Of a stretch of DNA of 64,000 nt, positions 14,030-23,559 are shown one piece after another. Position 1 is the first letter of the stretch, and each line of letters opens with the position of its first letter. A program made the translations under genes and the position numbers. Source of the DNA: Rhynchobatus australiae (taxonomy: Eukaryota); NCBI GenBank assembly GCA_034780895.1, contig JAUZTB010000107.1, positions 81,922,000 to 81,985,999 on the forward strand. The letters are read 5' to 3'. A model generated the notes under the pieces. The model worked only from the letters and a program-made list of their open reading frames with translations. It was not told where the DNA came from and did no database searches.

Positions 14030-14235
14030 GCACCAAATAGTTCAATCTCCAGTGCTGGCTATCTGGAGTTTGCACATTCTCCCTGTGACTGCATGGGCTT
14101 CCTTCGGTACTCCAGTTTCCTCTCATATCCCAAAGACATGCAGGTTGGTAATTAGCCACGGCAAGTTGTCACTGGTGAGTGGTAGAATCTGGAGGGAGTT
14201 GAGGACGTTGTGGGTAAGATAAAATGGGATTAGTG
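14030..14235 (+). mobile_element. Truncated V-SINE
   Basis: GTTCAATCTCC, then GGAGTTTGCACATTCTCCCTGTGACTGCATGGGCTTCC...CATATCCCAAAGACATG (V-domain). Confidence 0.75.
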
Positions 14236-14249
14236 TAAAGAAACTCAAA

Positions 14250-14400
14250 AAAAATTGCAGACACTGGAAATCTGAAATAAAGACAGAAAGTGACAGCAGG
14301 TCAGAACGTATCTATGGGAAGAGAAACAATGAATGTTTCAGGTGGAAGACCCTTCCTCAGAACTGGGAAGGAAACAGAAGAAGCTTGTTGAGCTGCAGGA
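14250..14400 (-). mobile_element. Penelope-like element terminal (pLTR) fragment
   Basis: CTGGAAATCTGAAATAA...CAGCAGGTCAG...GTTTCAGGTGGAAGACCCTTCCTCAGAACTGG is homologous to the pLTR at 21249 and 40862. Confidence 0.7.
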
Positions 14401-14406
14401 AAGATG

Positions 14407-16740
14407 GGGTCTACACTTGAATAGGTTAATTTAGGTTAATTTGCCAAATGAGCAGCATTGTTAGAGATTTGTCTGGACTTTAAAATTAAGTCATGAAACT
14501 ACTGAGGGTATGTGTTGATCAAATTGAAGTGGTGACCATTTGCAGCTGCTGTCCAAATATTCCACTGAATCCAGGAGAGATTAAGTGCCCTTAAAACCTA
14601 ATTGTTAAACTCTGGTACTGTGCATCGTTTAGATCCTAAATATCTATTTGTGTACTTAACTACAAATGACCTTAAGTGGGTCCTTTGAGTACCTGTAACA
14701 TTTGCATCNNNNNNNNNNNNNNNNNNNNNNNNNNNNNNNNNNNNNNNNNNNNNNNNNNNNNNNNNNNNNNNNNNNNNNNNNNNNNNNNNNNNNNNNNNNN
14801 NNNNNNNNATCTGGGAAGAGCTGCATGGTATGAAGGTATTCTGTCTCTGAGATTAATTCATGATGGATGGAAGTTTAAGGTTTGAAAAGTGAAGGTAGTG
14901 TGTACAATGAAGAGTGACTTTGATACTTTTTGCGAGGCTAGACAATGATGAAAAAATGAACTTGAATAAGATTTTTGTTCTAAAAGGTCCACTGCAGTGT
15001 CTCTCTGAGACTTGAGAACCTGAAGTTGCAGATTCAGTCTGCTTCTTATAGGAGAATTTGTGTCCATTTTGAGCTAAATAACTTACTAGAAATCATTTAA
15101 GGTGAAGGGTAAGGTGGGAAGTGTTGGCCATATTTCACCAACTGAAGACAATTCATAAAATACCCTCAATGACTTAAATAACCCTACAAATATGTAAGTG
15201 ACTTGAGTGTACAGGAAGAGATGTAGCTTGTAGGACATGTGGGAGCCTCTTCAGGATCAAATGCACTCCTCACGTGTCCAGAAAAAAATGTTGTCTTTAG
15301 TAGGGATTCCTGGCATAGAGATTCTATTGCTCAGAGTTTGGACTGAGGGGCTCTATCTCAGCAGACAATGTCTAAGTTTATCTGATGGACAATCCATGTA
15401 ATGTAAGAGATTCTGTGTGGTGATTAGTGCAAAGCAAACAGCAAAATCAAATTTTCGATTGACTACCGTCACAGAGTTTCTGTGGAACTCGGACATTACT
15501 GTCAGCATAGCATTGCTTAGCTGGTGAGTTTGCATCTCCAAGGTGAGTGAGGAGCCATTTCAGTGGAGGATCAACTCTGGCCCCAAACATCATCCTTTGA
15601 GCTTGTGTGTGGCTTCTTTAAAAAAAATGAGAAGCAGCTATAATTAGTTAAAAATGAATAAATCATGGGAGTTGCAAGTATGCCTAGAACTGGCTTTTAC
15701 AAAGTTCTTCTGGTCTACCACCTTTTGGACATCACTCTCTATTAATGAACCAAAAACAGAAAATGCTAGGAACACTCAGCAGGTGAGGCAGCATCCACTG
15801 GAAAGTGAAACAGTTAAACCTTCAGATTGGAGATTGTTAATGAATATTTGTCAGTTGTGAACAGGAGCTCTGGTCATTGTGCAGACTATCAGTGTGTGTA
15901 CCTTGTGGAAACCTATAATGGCTACAACTGCTTGTGCTCTGTCTGCCATCTCCTATAAAAGAGAAATAGATGAAATCTCCTTATTTGGGGTGCAGAGTGG
16001 CAATAAGTTCCTAATGCAGTGGTGAGCTGCAAGCTAACATGCGGTATAGATCAGCTGCTGCAGGCTGGAACGATCCTGAGGCTAAGAAATTGATAGTGAC
16101 TTTGACTCTGATTGTAAGAGCAGTTCAGGCATGCGTGCGACTTGCATTAGAGATTTGGAAATTACAGATCTATGACTACTGAGTGAAAGTGNNNNNNNNN
16201 NGGAAGCTTCTCTGAGAAGGCTACATATAAGTGCGGTAAAGTTTGGGTGGATAAGATCTTTCAGTGATGAGTGGTTGTACCCCTCCTGTGATGTGGTCCA
16301 TGTGGTGCTTGAGAGGTTTTTATTGCAAGTCAGGATTGTCCTCGAAGTGTGAGTAAGTGCAGGCAAATAGCCATTATATGTCAGTTGTGTTTGCAGCAAA
16401 GTGGTTCAGAGTGCAAGGAAGGCTTAGCCTTCAGTATGACAATGTGCTGAGAAAGTTGTTAGTCTGCAGAATGTTGCACTGCAATCTGGCTAAGAATGCT
16501 GGTTTTCCCCTTAAAGTGTTGTTTCTGAGTTAGTAATAGCTGATTCTTCTGTGCGTAAACAGCAACTGATGTTTTTTCTGACCAATGTGGTTGGGAAATC
16601 TTGCAATAGTTGTACTTAGGGTTTGGAGAGATGCTACTTAGAATAGTGGAGGAAACTATATACATTGGGTAATTTTAAACAACAGTCTTGGGACATATTG
16701 AAAAAGCAGTGGCGTTTATGTGAGCTCTACACTGGGATAT
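14407..16740 (-). pseudogene. EBLL: Endogenous bornavirus-like L element, 3' part (RdRp motif D/E through capping domain and C-terminal region), disabled
   Basis: Collinear matches (ours ~ recalled BoDV-1 L): LFQYVPRLLFK~LYEYGKKLFFR; L*TTLLQTQLTYNGYLP~LLTTLCLVGPSIGGLP; LLLQSESKSLSI~LSLVTDPTSLNI; VDPPLKWLL~TDPHLNTLM; THQLS~THRLP; DFAVCFALITTQNLL~DYTIHFQHVFTYGCL; DLLEQKSY~DIMEQRTW; QKVSKSLFI~QKLPWSIVI; QMLQVLKGPT*GHL~RMLYAATGPTPSFL; NIWTAAA~DLYIAAA; KSRQIS~KSRNQS; TYSSVDP~IYPTVDP. Many stops, frameshifts and deletions. Confidence 0.78.
15752..15835 (-). mobile_element. Short Penelope pLTR fragment inserted in the L-like element
   Basis: AAAACAGAAAATGCTAGGAACACTCAGCAGGTGAGGCAGCATC...GAAACAGTTAA. 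Confidence 0.6.
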
Positions 16741-16829
16741 ATAACTAGTACTCTCCATTGCAAGTTAATACACATTTACACTTCATAATTTCAAGAGTTT
16801 GAGTTAAGTGATTTGGACTTCTTAAGTTA

Positions 16830-17190
16830 ATGGAACATCTGTCGTGATCACATTAGCACCTGGAACTATTTTCTTTCTTCCAACTTGATTTTATTCCTTT
16901 GCTCCTCCCAATGGTGTTGACTCATTTAAGGGAAAATATTCAAAATCAAACTCAGAATTAAGTTTCAGCCCCAATTTCTGCAAGGAAATGGGTGGGTAGC
17001 AAACCCTTGGAGCACTCCCTAAAGTGGAGGAGCTGGCATATTTTCTGTGACTTCTCTGCATGATCTGTCACTGTTCATTCATACCGGCATAATCCTGATA
17101 TTGTACAAGCCATGAAAATGTTTTGGCCCAAATGTTAATATCACTGGCTAGGTTATATAGTTGCTTTGGCTGACAGCCTACCCAATGGAA
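16830..17190 (-). pseudogene. EBLN: Endogenous bornavirus-like N element, C-terminal half
   Basis: One frame with two stops: FHWVGCQP~IDWINGQP; LYNLASDINIWAKTF~VLSLLTTDFESPGKEF; QDYAGM~ASYAQM; EYFPLNESTPLGG~FYWSKKENPTMAG; IVPGANVITTD~IQPGASVKETQ (vs recalled BoDV-1 N). Confidence 0.65.
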
Positions 17191-17194
17191 ACAA

Positions 17195-17520
17195 AAAAGA
17201 AAAATGCAAATACTGGAAACAGCCAGCAGNNNNNNNNNNNNNNNNNNNNNNNNNNNNNNNNNNNNNNNNNNNNNNNNNNNNNNNNNNNNNNNNNNNNNNN
17301 NNNNNNNNNNNNNNNNNNNNNNNNNNNNNAAATACTGGAAACAGCCAGCAGGTTGGGGAGCACCAGTGGAAAGAAAAATGGCTGACATTTCTCGAAGATC
17401 CTTCATCAAAACTGGGTAGAAACAAACCACTTGGTTTTAAGTTGCTTTTCTAACCAAAAATGGGGATGGGATTGTGTGGACAAAGGGAAAATCTTTGATT
17501 AGGGTGAGACCAGGGTTACT
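17195..17520 (-). mobile_element. Penelope pLTR fragment at the putative inversion breakpoint
   Basis: AAATACTGGAAACAGCCAGCAGGTTGGGGAGCA...GACATTTCTCGAAGATCCTTCATCAAAACTGG, homologous to 40890-41100. Confidence 0.65.
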
Positions 17521-17559
17521 CTGGTGAAATGCTGTTGTAGTTATTTGGTGATGGAGAAA

Positions 17560-17720
17560 TGAAAATCTGCCTCACTTTACTTCTGAAGTTAAGGATAAAT
17601 TGTGTGAGAGGCTTCATGCCATCACTGGAGCCATCTCTTATCAAGAAGAAGTGGACATAGTCCATTACTTACTGGCTCAGCAGGATGCCTGATATTGTTA
17701 GCTATGCAGAATTTGCATTG
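17560..17720 (+). pseudogene. Possible bornavirus-like L fragment around motif A, inverted relative to the rest of L
   Basis: DKLCERLHAITGAISYQEEVD ~ recalled [22 protein letters not shown]. Short and weak on its own, but it is the expected continuation of the segment ending near 18315. Confidence 0.4.
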
Positions 17721-17789
17721 TGAAGTATAATTTTGAACCACTTTTTTTTAAACAGGTACACACATTTTTTCATAGCATTAGCTTGTGTC

Positions 17790-18290
17790 TTGTTACCTGG
17801 CAATTCTTGATATAGTTGAATGGCCCACCTTCAATTATTGTTTTACAATACTGCTGTCACCTCAAACTTAACAATTCCTGTCGTGGTGTGAAGTCAGTGA
17901 CCCAAACCATTCCTTCCTCAGCAGGCTTTGGTTCATCTGTTTAATCCACTTGTTTACTCTTGCTGAATCACTCAGTGTTTCATCTGCTTCCTGTATTGAT
18001 GTCATTCCTGTAGGATTTCATAATGGAGTTCCCTAAGCTCACCCATTTCATTGCAGTAGTTTGCCCTCTTAAAGCATCTTTCCTTTAACGGAAAGTTTGG
18101 CAGATGTGTTGCAGAAGGGAGCTGCCTGGCAAATGAATGACGAAACAAAATATGCAACAATTTACCAAAGATCTTGATACTGAGAGGGAAAAAGGAGAAA
18201 TAGTGCAATTATTCCAAAATGTTCTGAGAAATGCATTTAAAAAAATGCAATTGCTTTTGATTAATATATAGAAATAAATATTTAAGGTCT
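17790..18290 (+). pseudogene. EBLN: Endogenous bornavirus-like N element, N-terminal half (inverted copy)
   Basis: Homologous to the 19905-20420 copy: PLTESLADVLQKGAAWQM and EKGEIVQLFQNVLRNAFKKMQL. Several stops and a frameshift. Confidence 0.55.
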
Positions 18291-18314
18291 TCCGTATTTT
18301 CTGGGGCAAATCGT

Positions 18315-19642
18315 TATTCCGTACTGTGCAGTTTTGAACATTGCATTTGGCAATGAGGCATGAAACTCTGTTTTCAGTGAACCAATAGACACGTATATTT
18401 ATAGCTAGTTTGTATCAATTTCTATTATTGGATGAATTCTGATCTGCTAACTTTTTCATTTAAAGCCAACACATCAGACTGCGTGAGTGCAACCTTTTCT
18501 GTAGAGGCAGATTGTAAATTTTGTTCAATTGGTGTCTCAATTAGTGATATTACCATGTAATTTTAAATTAGCTGCAAATCCAAGGGTGGACTGGGATTCC
18601 TGGAAGACAGTGATCGCTTCTGTGAATGGCTTTGTTCAATCTGTGCGTGAATGGTAACACTGAAAACTTTACAGGCCACCATATCTGATCTCCATCTGCT
18701 AAATCCGTCTGTCTTTGGATGTACAACAGAAGTATGAGCTTCAGGAGTAGACCAGTCTGCCCCTCACTGATGTGCAGCTCTGGTGGAGAAGAGATCTGCA
18801 GATGGCCATATTTGGTACATGAGTCCTACAAACTCTAAGCTTCTCAACAAGCCAGGACACCAGAGTCTCCTCCGACTCTGATTTCTGGAACAGGCTAAGT
18901 TGGTAGTTCTGCCTTACAGTGGATGCCTTACAAAGTCACAATGTCCTCCATTCTTTGGAATCTATACAAAGCTTTTTCAGGATTTCAGTCAGTGATCCAC
19001 AATTGTGTAAGTAGTGGGGAATTATGACTGATTTACAACTTTGTCACCAATAATGCCAGTCAAAATGAAATGAACACTGGCTGGTTTCTGACAGGTACAG
19101 AGCCCATTAACAAAAGCATGAGCCAATTAAATCATCCCAGAGATTTCAGTGAATTTCAAGGGCTTTCAATACATTGAAGTGCAGCTGGTGAGTAACCATA
19201 AATGATACTATGAAGGAATGTACAAGATTCTGGGCAAATATTATGCATTGCATCTGTTGTGGTAAGAACATTTTGCACACCATTCTACTTATTGGCAAGT
19301 GTTGCTGACGACGTGGAGAGGCAGCAGAGAATATGATTAAATGTTACCACCAGGTACCGGAGACAGAGCTATTTTTCCCACTTCCGATGGCTAAGTAAGC
19401 AGAAACTTTACGCATCACCAAGTCATTGACCTTCATATCTGTCAATTGCATTCTATTTTTCTGCCTCTCTCATGTTCTGTTCTCTTTTGCAAAGAAGAAC
19501 GTATGAAACCAATGTGTAAGAGTACTGGCACATTTTGAATGAATAGATGAAAAGCATTTGACAGAGCGAGGAGTATATTATGACATAGAGGAGTCAGCTG
19601 TGGCTGGTCAGACTGGGATGTACAAAGTGTCTTGGAGCACAT
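18315..19642 (-). pseudogene. EBLL: Endogenous bornavirus-like L element, 5' part (N-terminal region to pre-motif A), disabled
   Basis: Collinear matches (ours ~ recalled BoDV-1 L): ALSN~ALTN; LHIGFIR~LHIAYQR; RQQHLPISRMV~RCHLLIASVV; HQLHFNVLKAL~HDDYFTIIKSI; CGSLTEILKKL~CPQLDSLLKKL; KLRV~KMRV; EFVG..WPSADL~EFIKG..WPPVHL; SDMVACKVF~NDIVSDKAI; MVISLIE~LVNALID; VLALNEK~VLVPKEK; KQSFMPH~KNEVMPY. Confidence 0.82.
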
Positions 19643-19689
19643 GTTGAAAGATATGGTCTAGTGGTGTGTTTTTTTGTTTAAAAAATTAG

Positions 19690-20420
19690 TCTCTGACTTC
19701 ATTGCCACAAAACTGGGGAGTTGCATTTGCCAAGCTCAGTGAAGTTCTTGGGGAATGATCCCAAATAGGCAGCAGCTCTGAGTGTTTGTGAATCAGTCTT
19801 GGCACTTGAAATTCATTGGCTGCAATCACAGACATCACAATCTGTGCTGGTCTTCTAATAGAGCTATATGGTGAGGAAATGTCTTGCTGCACAAGTTCCC
19901 TTTTAACTTGTGTTTACTTCAGTATGTCAATCATAAACAATTGTATCTTAAATACATTTCTTGGAATGGTATGGAATAATTGTAATGTTGCTTTTTTTCC
20001 TTCAGTGTTTTCTCTCCACGTAGTATCAAAGATAATTTCTGCCTCCTTTATCATTTGCCAGGAAGTTCCCATGTGCAACGCATCTGCCAATCGTGCTATT
20101 AAAGGAGACCTGCTTTGAGAGGGTAAGCCATTGCAGTGAAATGGATGAGCTGAGGAAATTCTATTACGAAATCCTGCAGAAGTAGCATGAATATTGAAAG
20201 CAGATGAAACATTTTGGTGATTGAGGAAGAAAGAGCAAACTAGTGGATTAAGTGGCTATGCAAAGCCTACTGAGGAAGGGTGGTTTGGTTAGCTGGGTTT
20301 ACACTGCTGCAAGGATTGTTGGATTTGAGGAAGACCACAGCATCTCTGCAAGCTTCATTGATATTGTCACACTATAATCAAAGGAGGGCCAATCAGTTAC
20401 TTCCCAGGAATTGCCAGATA
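19690..20420 (-). pseudogene. EBLN: Endogenous bornavirus-like N element (N-terminal ~two thirds)
   Basis: Frame with a single internal stop over ~190 codons (20255->19690): MGTSWQMIKEAEII~IGSSSKIKAGAEQI; EGKKATLQLFH~HGETATLLQMFN; LVQQDISSP~LLTTDFESP. Upstream frames give IPGK~LPGK and RDAVVFL~QNAVALL. Confidence 0.6.
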
Positions 20421-20699
20421 AAATGCTATCACATTCAAAACATTTTCAGAACAACTTTCAAAGTACTTTACAACACAAGTTCTGTATTTTACAATACCTG
20501 ATAACTAGATCATTGTATGCCCACCATTACATGATTTATGCTTGTTTTATTTGTTGGCTCTGATGGTATGAAGTCTCTTACTCAGTTTATCATTAACACA
20601 CTTTGTGTTTTCTAAAGCTGAGTATGGTTTTTATTGAGTAGACTGTTGGCCTAAATTCCCTCTCTGGGGACAGAGGGGGTTGATATATCTGCGAACTGA

Positions 20700-20910
20700 C
20701 CAATTTATATCCAACTTACTACTTCACCATGGACTCCAAGTAACTTAATCTTCTGGACCAGCCTACCATAAGGAATCTTGTCAATATCTTTACAAAAGTC
20801 TATGTAGACATCATCCACTGCCCTACTCTCATCAATCCTCTTTGTCACTTCCTCACAATACTTCATCAAATTTGTGAGACAGGACCTCCCCTGCACAAAG
20901 CCATGCTGAC
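20700..20910 (-). mobile_element. CR1 RT fragment
   Basis: SQHGFVQGRSCLTNLMKYCEEVTKRIDESRAVDDVYIDFCKDIDKIPYGRLVQK. Confidence 0.88.
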
Positions 20911-21248
20911 TTTTTTTCTCATGAGATTGGGTGCAAAGGGCAATGTGCTGCTTGAAGTTTCCAAAGGGAGTTGGAGGGAGCAGGAATAATCTGCATGTTG
21001 AGATGACAGCTAATATACTCTCCTGCTCCAATTAGTTCACTAAAACAGCCTCGGCACTGAACTTCCTGGGATCCTTCAAACTGCTTTGTTAGTTGGCTCT
21101 TTCATAACGGTAGAGATACCCTGTGTGCCTTGCAACCACAGCATTGTGTTGAGGGAGGTGACATTAGACTATGGCTCAGTCTTTTAGCACCTATTACTTG
21201 CAAGAGCAGAAAATACTGGTACTAGTTCACAGATTTAGCAACATCTGT

Positions 21249-22173
21249 GGAGACACAACACACAAAATGCTGGAGGAATTCAGCAGGTGAGCAACCTCTA
21301 TGGAGGGAAATGAACAGTTGACATTTTGGGCCGAGACCCTTCATCAGGACTGGAAAGAAAGGGCAGAAGCTAGAATAAAAGGGGAGGGGAAGGAGCACAG
21401 GGTGGCAGGTGATAGGTGAGGAGGGAAGGTAGGGAGTTGGGGGAATCACTTTATTGAGCACCTTCTCTCTGTCCATTGGTCCAGCTAGGATCTCCTGGTG
21501 GCCAGCCATTTTAGTTTCACTTCCCCATTTCTACTATGACATGTCTGTCCACAGCCGCCTCTACTGCCAAATTGAAGCTAAACGCAGATTAGAGGAACAA
21601 CATGTCTCATTCTGTCTTGGAAGTCTCCAACCTGACAGTATCAACATTGATTTCTCTAACTTCCAGTAACCACTCCCCCTGTTTTTTTCCCTCTTTCCCT
21701 CTTTTCTCTTTCTTACCCCCCCCGTCTGTCCTTTTTCCCTCTGGTCCCTTTACCCCTTTTGTTTCCCTTCCGCCCCCCACTGTCACAACCTGCCTGTCAC
21801 CCACACCTTCCTCCAGTTCCCCACCTCCTTCCCTTTATTCCATGTTCCACTGTTCCCTCTTACCAGATTCCATCTTGTTTAACCCTTTGCCTCTTCCACT
21901 TTCCAGCTTCTTGCATCGTTCCCCCTTCCCACATTTTCACCCCCCACCACCCAACCTGGATTCATCACCTGCCAGCTTCTTGTTCTCCCCCTTCCCCCAC
22001 CCTTTTAATCTGGTTTCTGCACTCTTCCTTCCCAGTGCTGGTGAAGGGTCTTGGCCTGAAATGTCACCTGTTCATTTCCCTCCATAGATGCTGCCTGTCC
22101 TGCTGAGTTCCTCCAGCATTTCGTGTGTGTGTGTTCCTCCAGATTTCCAGCATCTGCATTCTCTCGTGTCTCC
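21249..22173 (+). mobile_element. Penelope-like retroelement: GIY-YIG C-terminus plus pLTR, with an inverted pLTR at the 5' side
   Basis: 21490-21669 encodes DMSVHSRLYCQIEAKRRLEEQHVSFCLGSLQPDSINIDFSNF. 21249-21445 is an inverted copy of ~21930-22173. Termini GGAGACAC / GTGTCTCC are flanked by a direct ATCTGT repeat (21243-21248, 22174-22179). Confidence 0.9.
21315..21352 (-). ncRNA. Degenerate minimal hammerhead ribozyme motif of the Penelope pLTR (second copy 22032-22070, + strand)
   Basis: Minus strand CAGTC-CTGATGA-AGGGTCTCGGCCC-AAAA-TGTC-AACTG has GAAA mutated. The plus copy CTGGTGA-AGGGTCTTGGCCT-GAAA-TGTC has CUGANGA mutated. Minimal hammerheads are known in Penelope-like elements. Confidence 0.6.
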
Positions 22174-23559
22174 ATCTGTACAGAGTTAACACTGTCAGTG
22201 AAATTCTATCATTTCCTTGTGTTTTTTTTCTCCCCCTGATCAGATGTTATGTTTTTCAGAACTGATGAAATACTGGAGATGAAATAGACTCATGTGAATC
22301 TTCATTACACACAATGAACAGTGGTTAGCACACCTGCAAGTTGTATGTTAACACAACTGTGTTTAAAAAAAAATCCACTGACCATTGCATCAAATTTACT
22401 TCTGGGTATTCTGCAGCCGACTGGAACCCCCCTCCCAGCACACTGGCTAATTAAAACTTAGTTCCAATTTGTTTGTGATCTGATTGTATGGCAAATGATT
22501 TTCTCTGTCAGTGCTCTGAAAATATATCTGAAGATGCAAACATTATTCCTTGGCCATGCTTGTTGAGCTCATTTACCTCTTTTTTTCAGTTGGATAGCTT
22601 TGAAGGAGCATGTCTACCTCTCTTGTTTATTGTTCGTGCAGAGTAGGTGCTGAGTAAGGGATTGATGGAAAATTATTGGCATGAGATGAGTTCATTACCA
22701 AACTGCTTTATGCAGAAAAAATGGCGGGGGCGAGGGCGGAGGGATACTCCTTAACCAGCATGCAGATTTGCCATCTAACATCAGTATGAAAGATAAACAT
22801 TTTTCAGGAGGTGTTTAAATGCAAATCAATCATTCAGTGTGTTATCAGTGCCATGATTTAGTAGTTTATATGATGGATGTTGTGAATCTTTATTTGCTTA
22901 AAAGCTTTGGCTACACCAATCTGCATGATGATTCCTTTATGAATTGCCGACCCGTCCAGATAGTAGCATCCTTGTTCCATTCGCTGATCCAGTGTGNNNN
23001 NNNNNNNNNNNNNNNNNNNNNNNNNNNNNNNNNNNNNNNNNNNNNNNNNNNNNNNNNNNNNNNNNNNNNNNNNNNNNNNNNNNNNNNNNNNNNNNNGTGA
23101 TGTCATTCTTGGCTTTTGTAGCAGTGGCCTGAAGAGCTGGAGGAAAGACAGGAGGGTCCCACTTCCCACCCATCTGATCGTCACCACAGGAAAGCCTGGG
23201 TGTGCAACCTCAGTTGAGCACATGGCTAGATTCAGCTAAATAAAAAGGCCCCACTGCTAATTAGCCAGCTGGTGTTCATTTGAATTCTCTCTGGTAACTG
23301 AGGGTGACTGAAGCCTGAGGAACTGTTCCACCTCATGTCCCATTGATTTTAGAGGAAGGTAAAGTTATTGGCACTAAGAAACTGTCATATACTCCTGGCT
23401 TGAAACAGCAATTTGATAACAGAAACCAGTTACCAAAAATGGAGCCACCTTGCTGTTGAGCTTGATTAGTTTTCAGATTTTTGAAATGTGGCATCGTCCA
23501 ATCTGTGGGAGGAAGTGCTGGGACTTCATTTCTGATCAAAATGTGACTGACTTAGTTGT

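Larger units (their letters stand above)
17588..20597. repeat. Diverged ~700-bp inverted repeat (arms ~17588-18290 and ~19905-20597, ~1.6 kb spacer)
   Basis: Direct alignment, e.g. GTTAAGGATAAATTGTGTGAGAGGCTTCATGCCATCA (17588) vs reverse complement GTTAATGATAAACTGAGTAAGAGACTTCATACCATCA (~20597). A hand-counted ungapped 156-nt block has 34 differences (~78% identity). Confidence 0.92.

Noticed and set aside
18590-19560. Plus-strand reading as an L methyltransferase or glycoprotein
   Set aside because: Only vague similarity. The minus strand gives many ordered matches to the L N-terminus.
20050-20350. Plus-strand reading ...EMDELRKFYYEILQK...VYTAARIVGFEED as the nucleoprotein
   Set aside because: It looks superficially N-like but has several stops. 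The opposite strand is nearly open, gives more collinear N matches and is co-oriented with L. This ambiguity is why N confidence is lower than L.
17588-20597. Inverted repeat as the long TIRs of a DNA transposon or Polinton
   Set aside because: No defined termini or TSD, and no transposase. Arms and spacer translate to N- and L-like sequence that continues beyond the arms.
21602-22106. Pro/Ser-rich ORFs of 161 and 115 aa
   Set aside because: By-product of the pyrimidine-rich Penelope pLTR.
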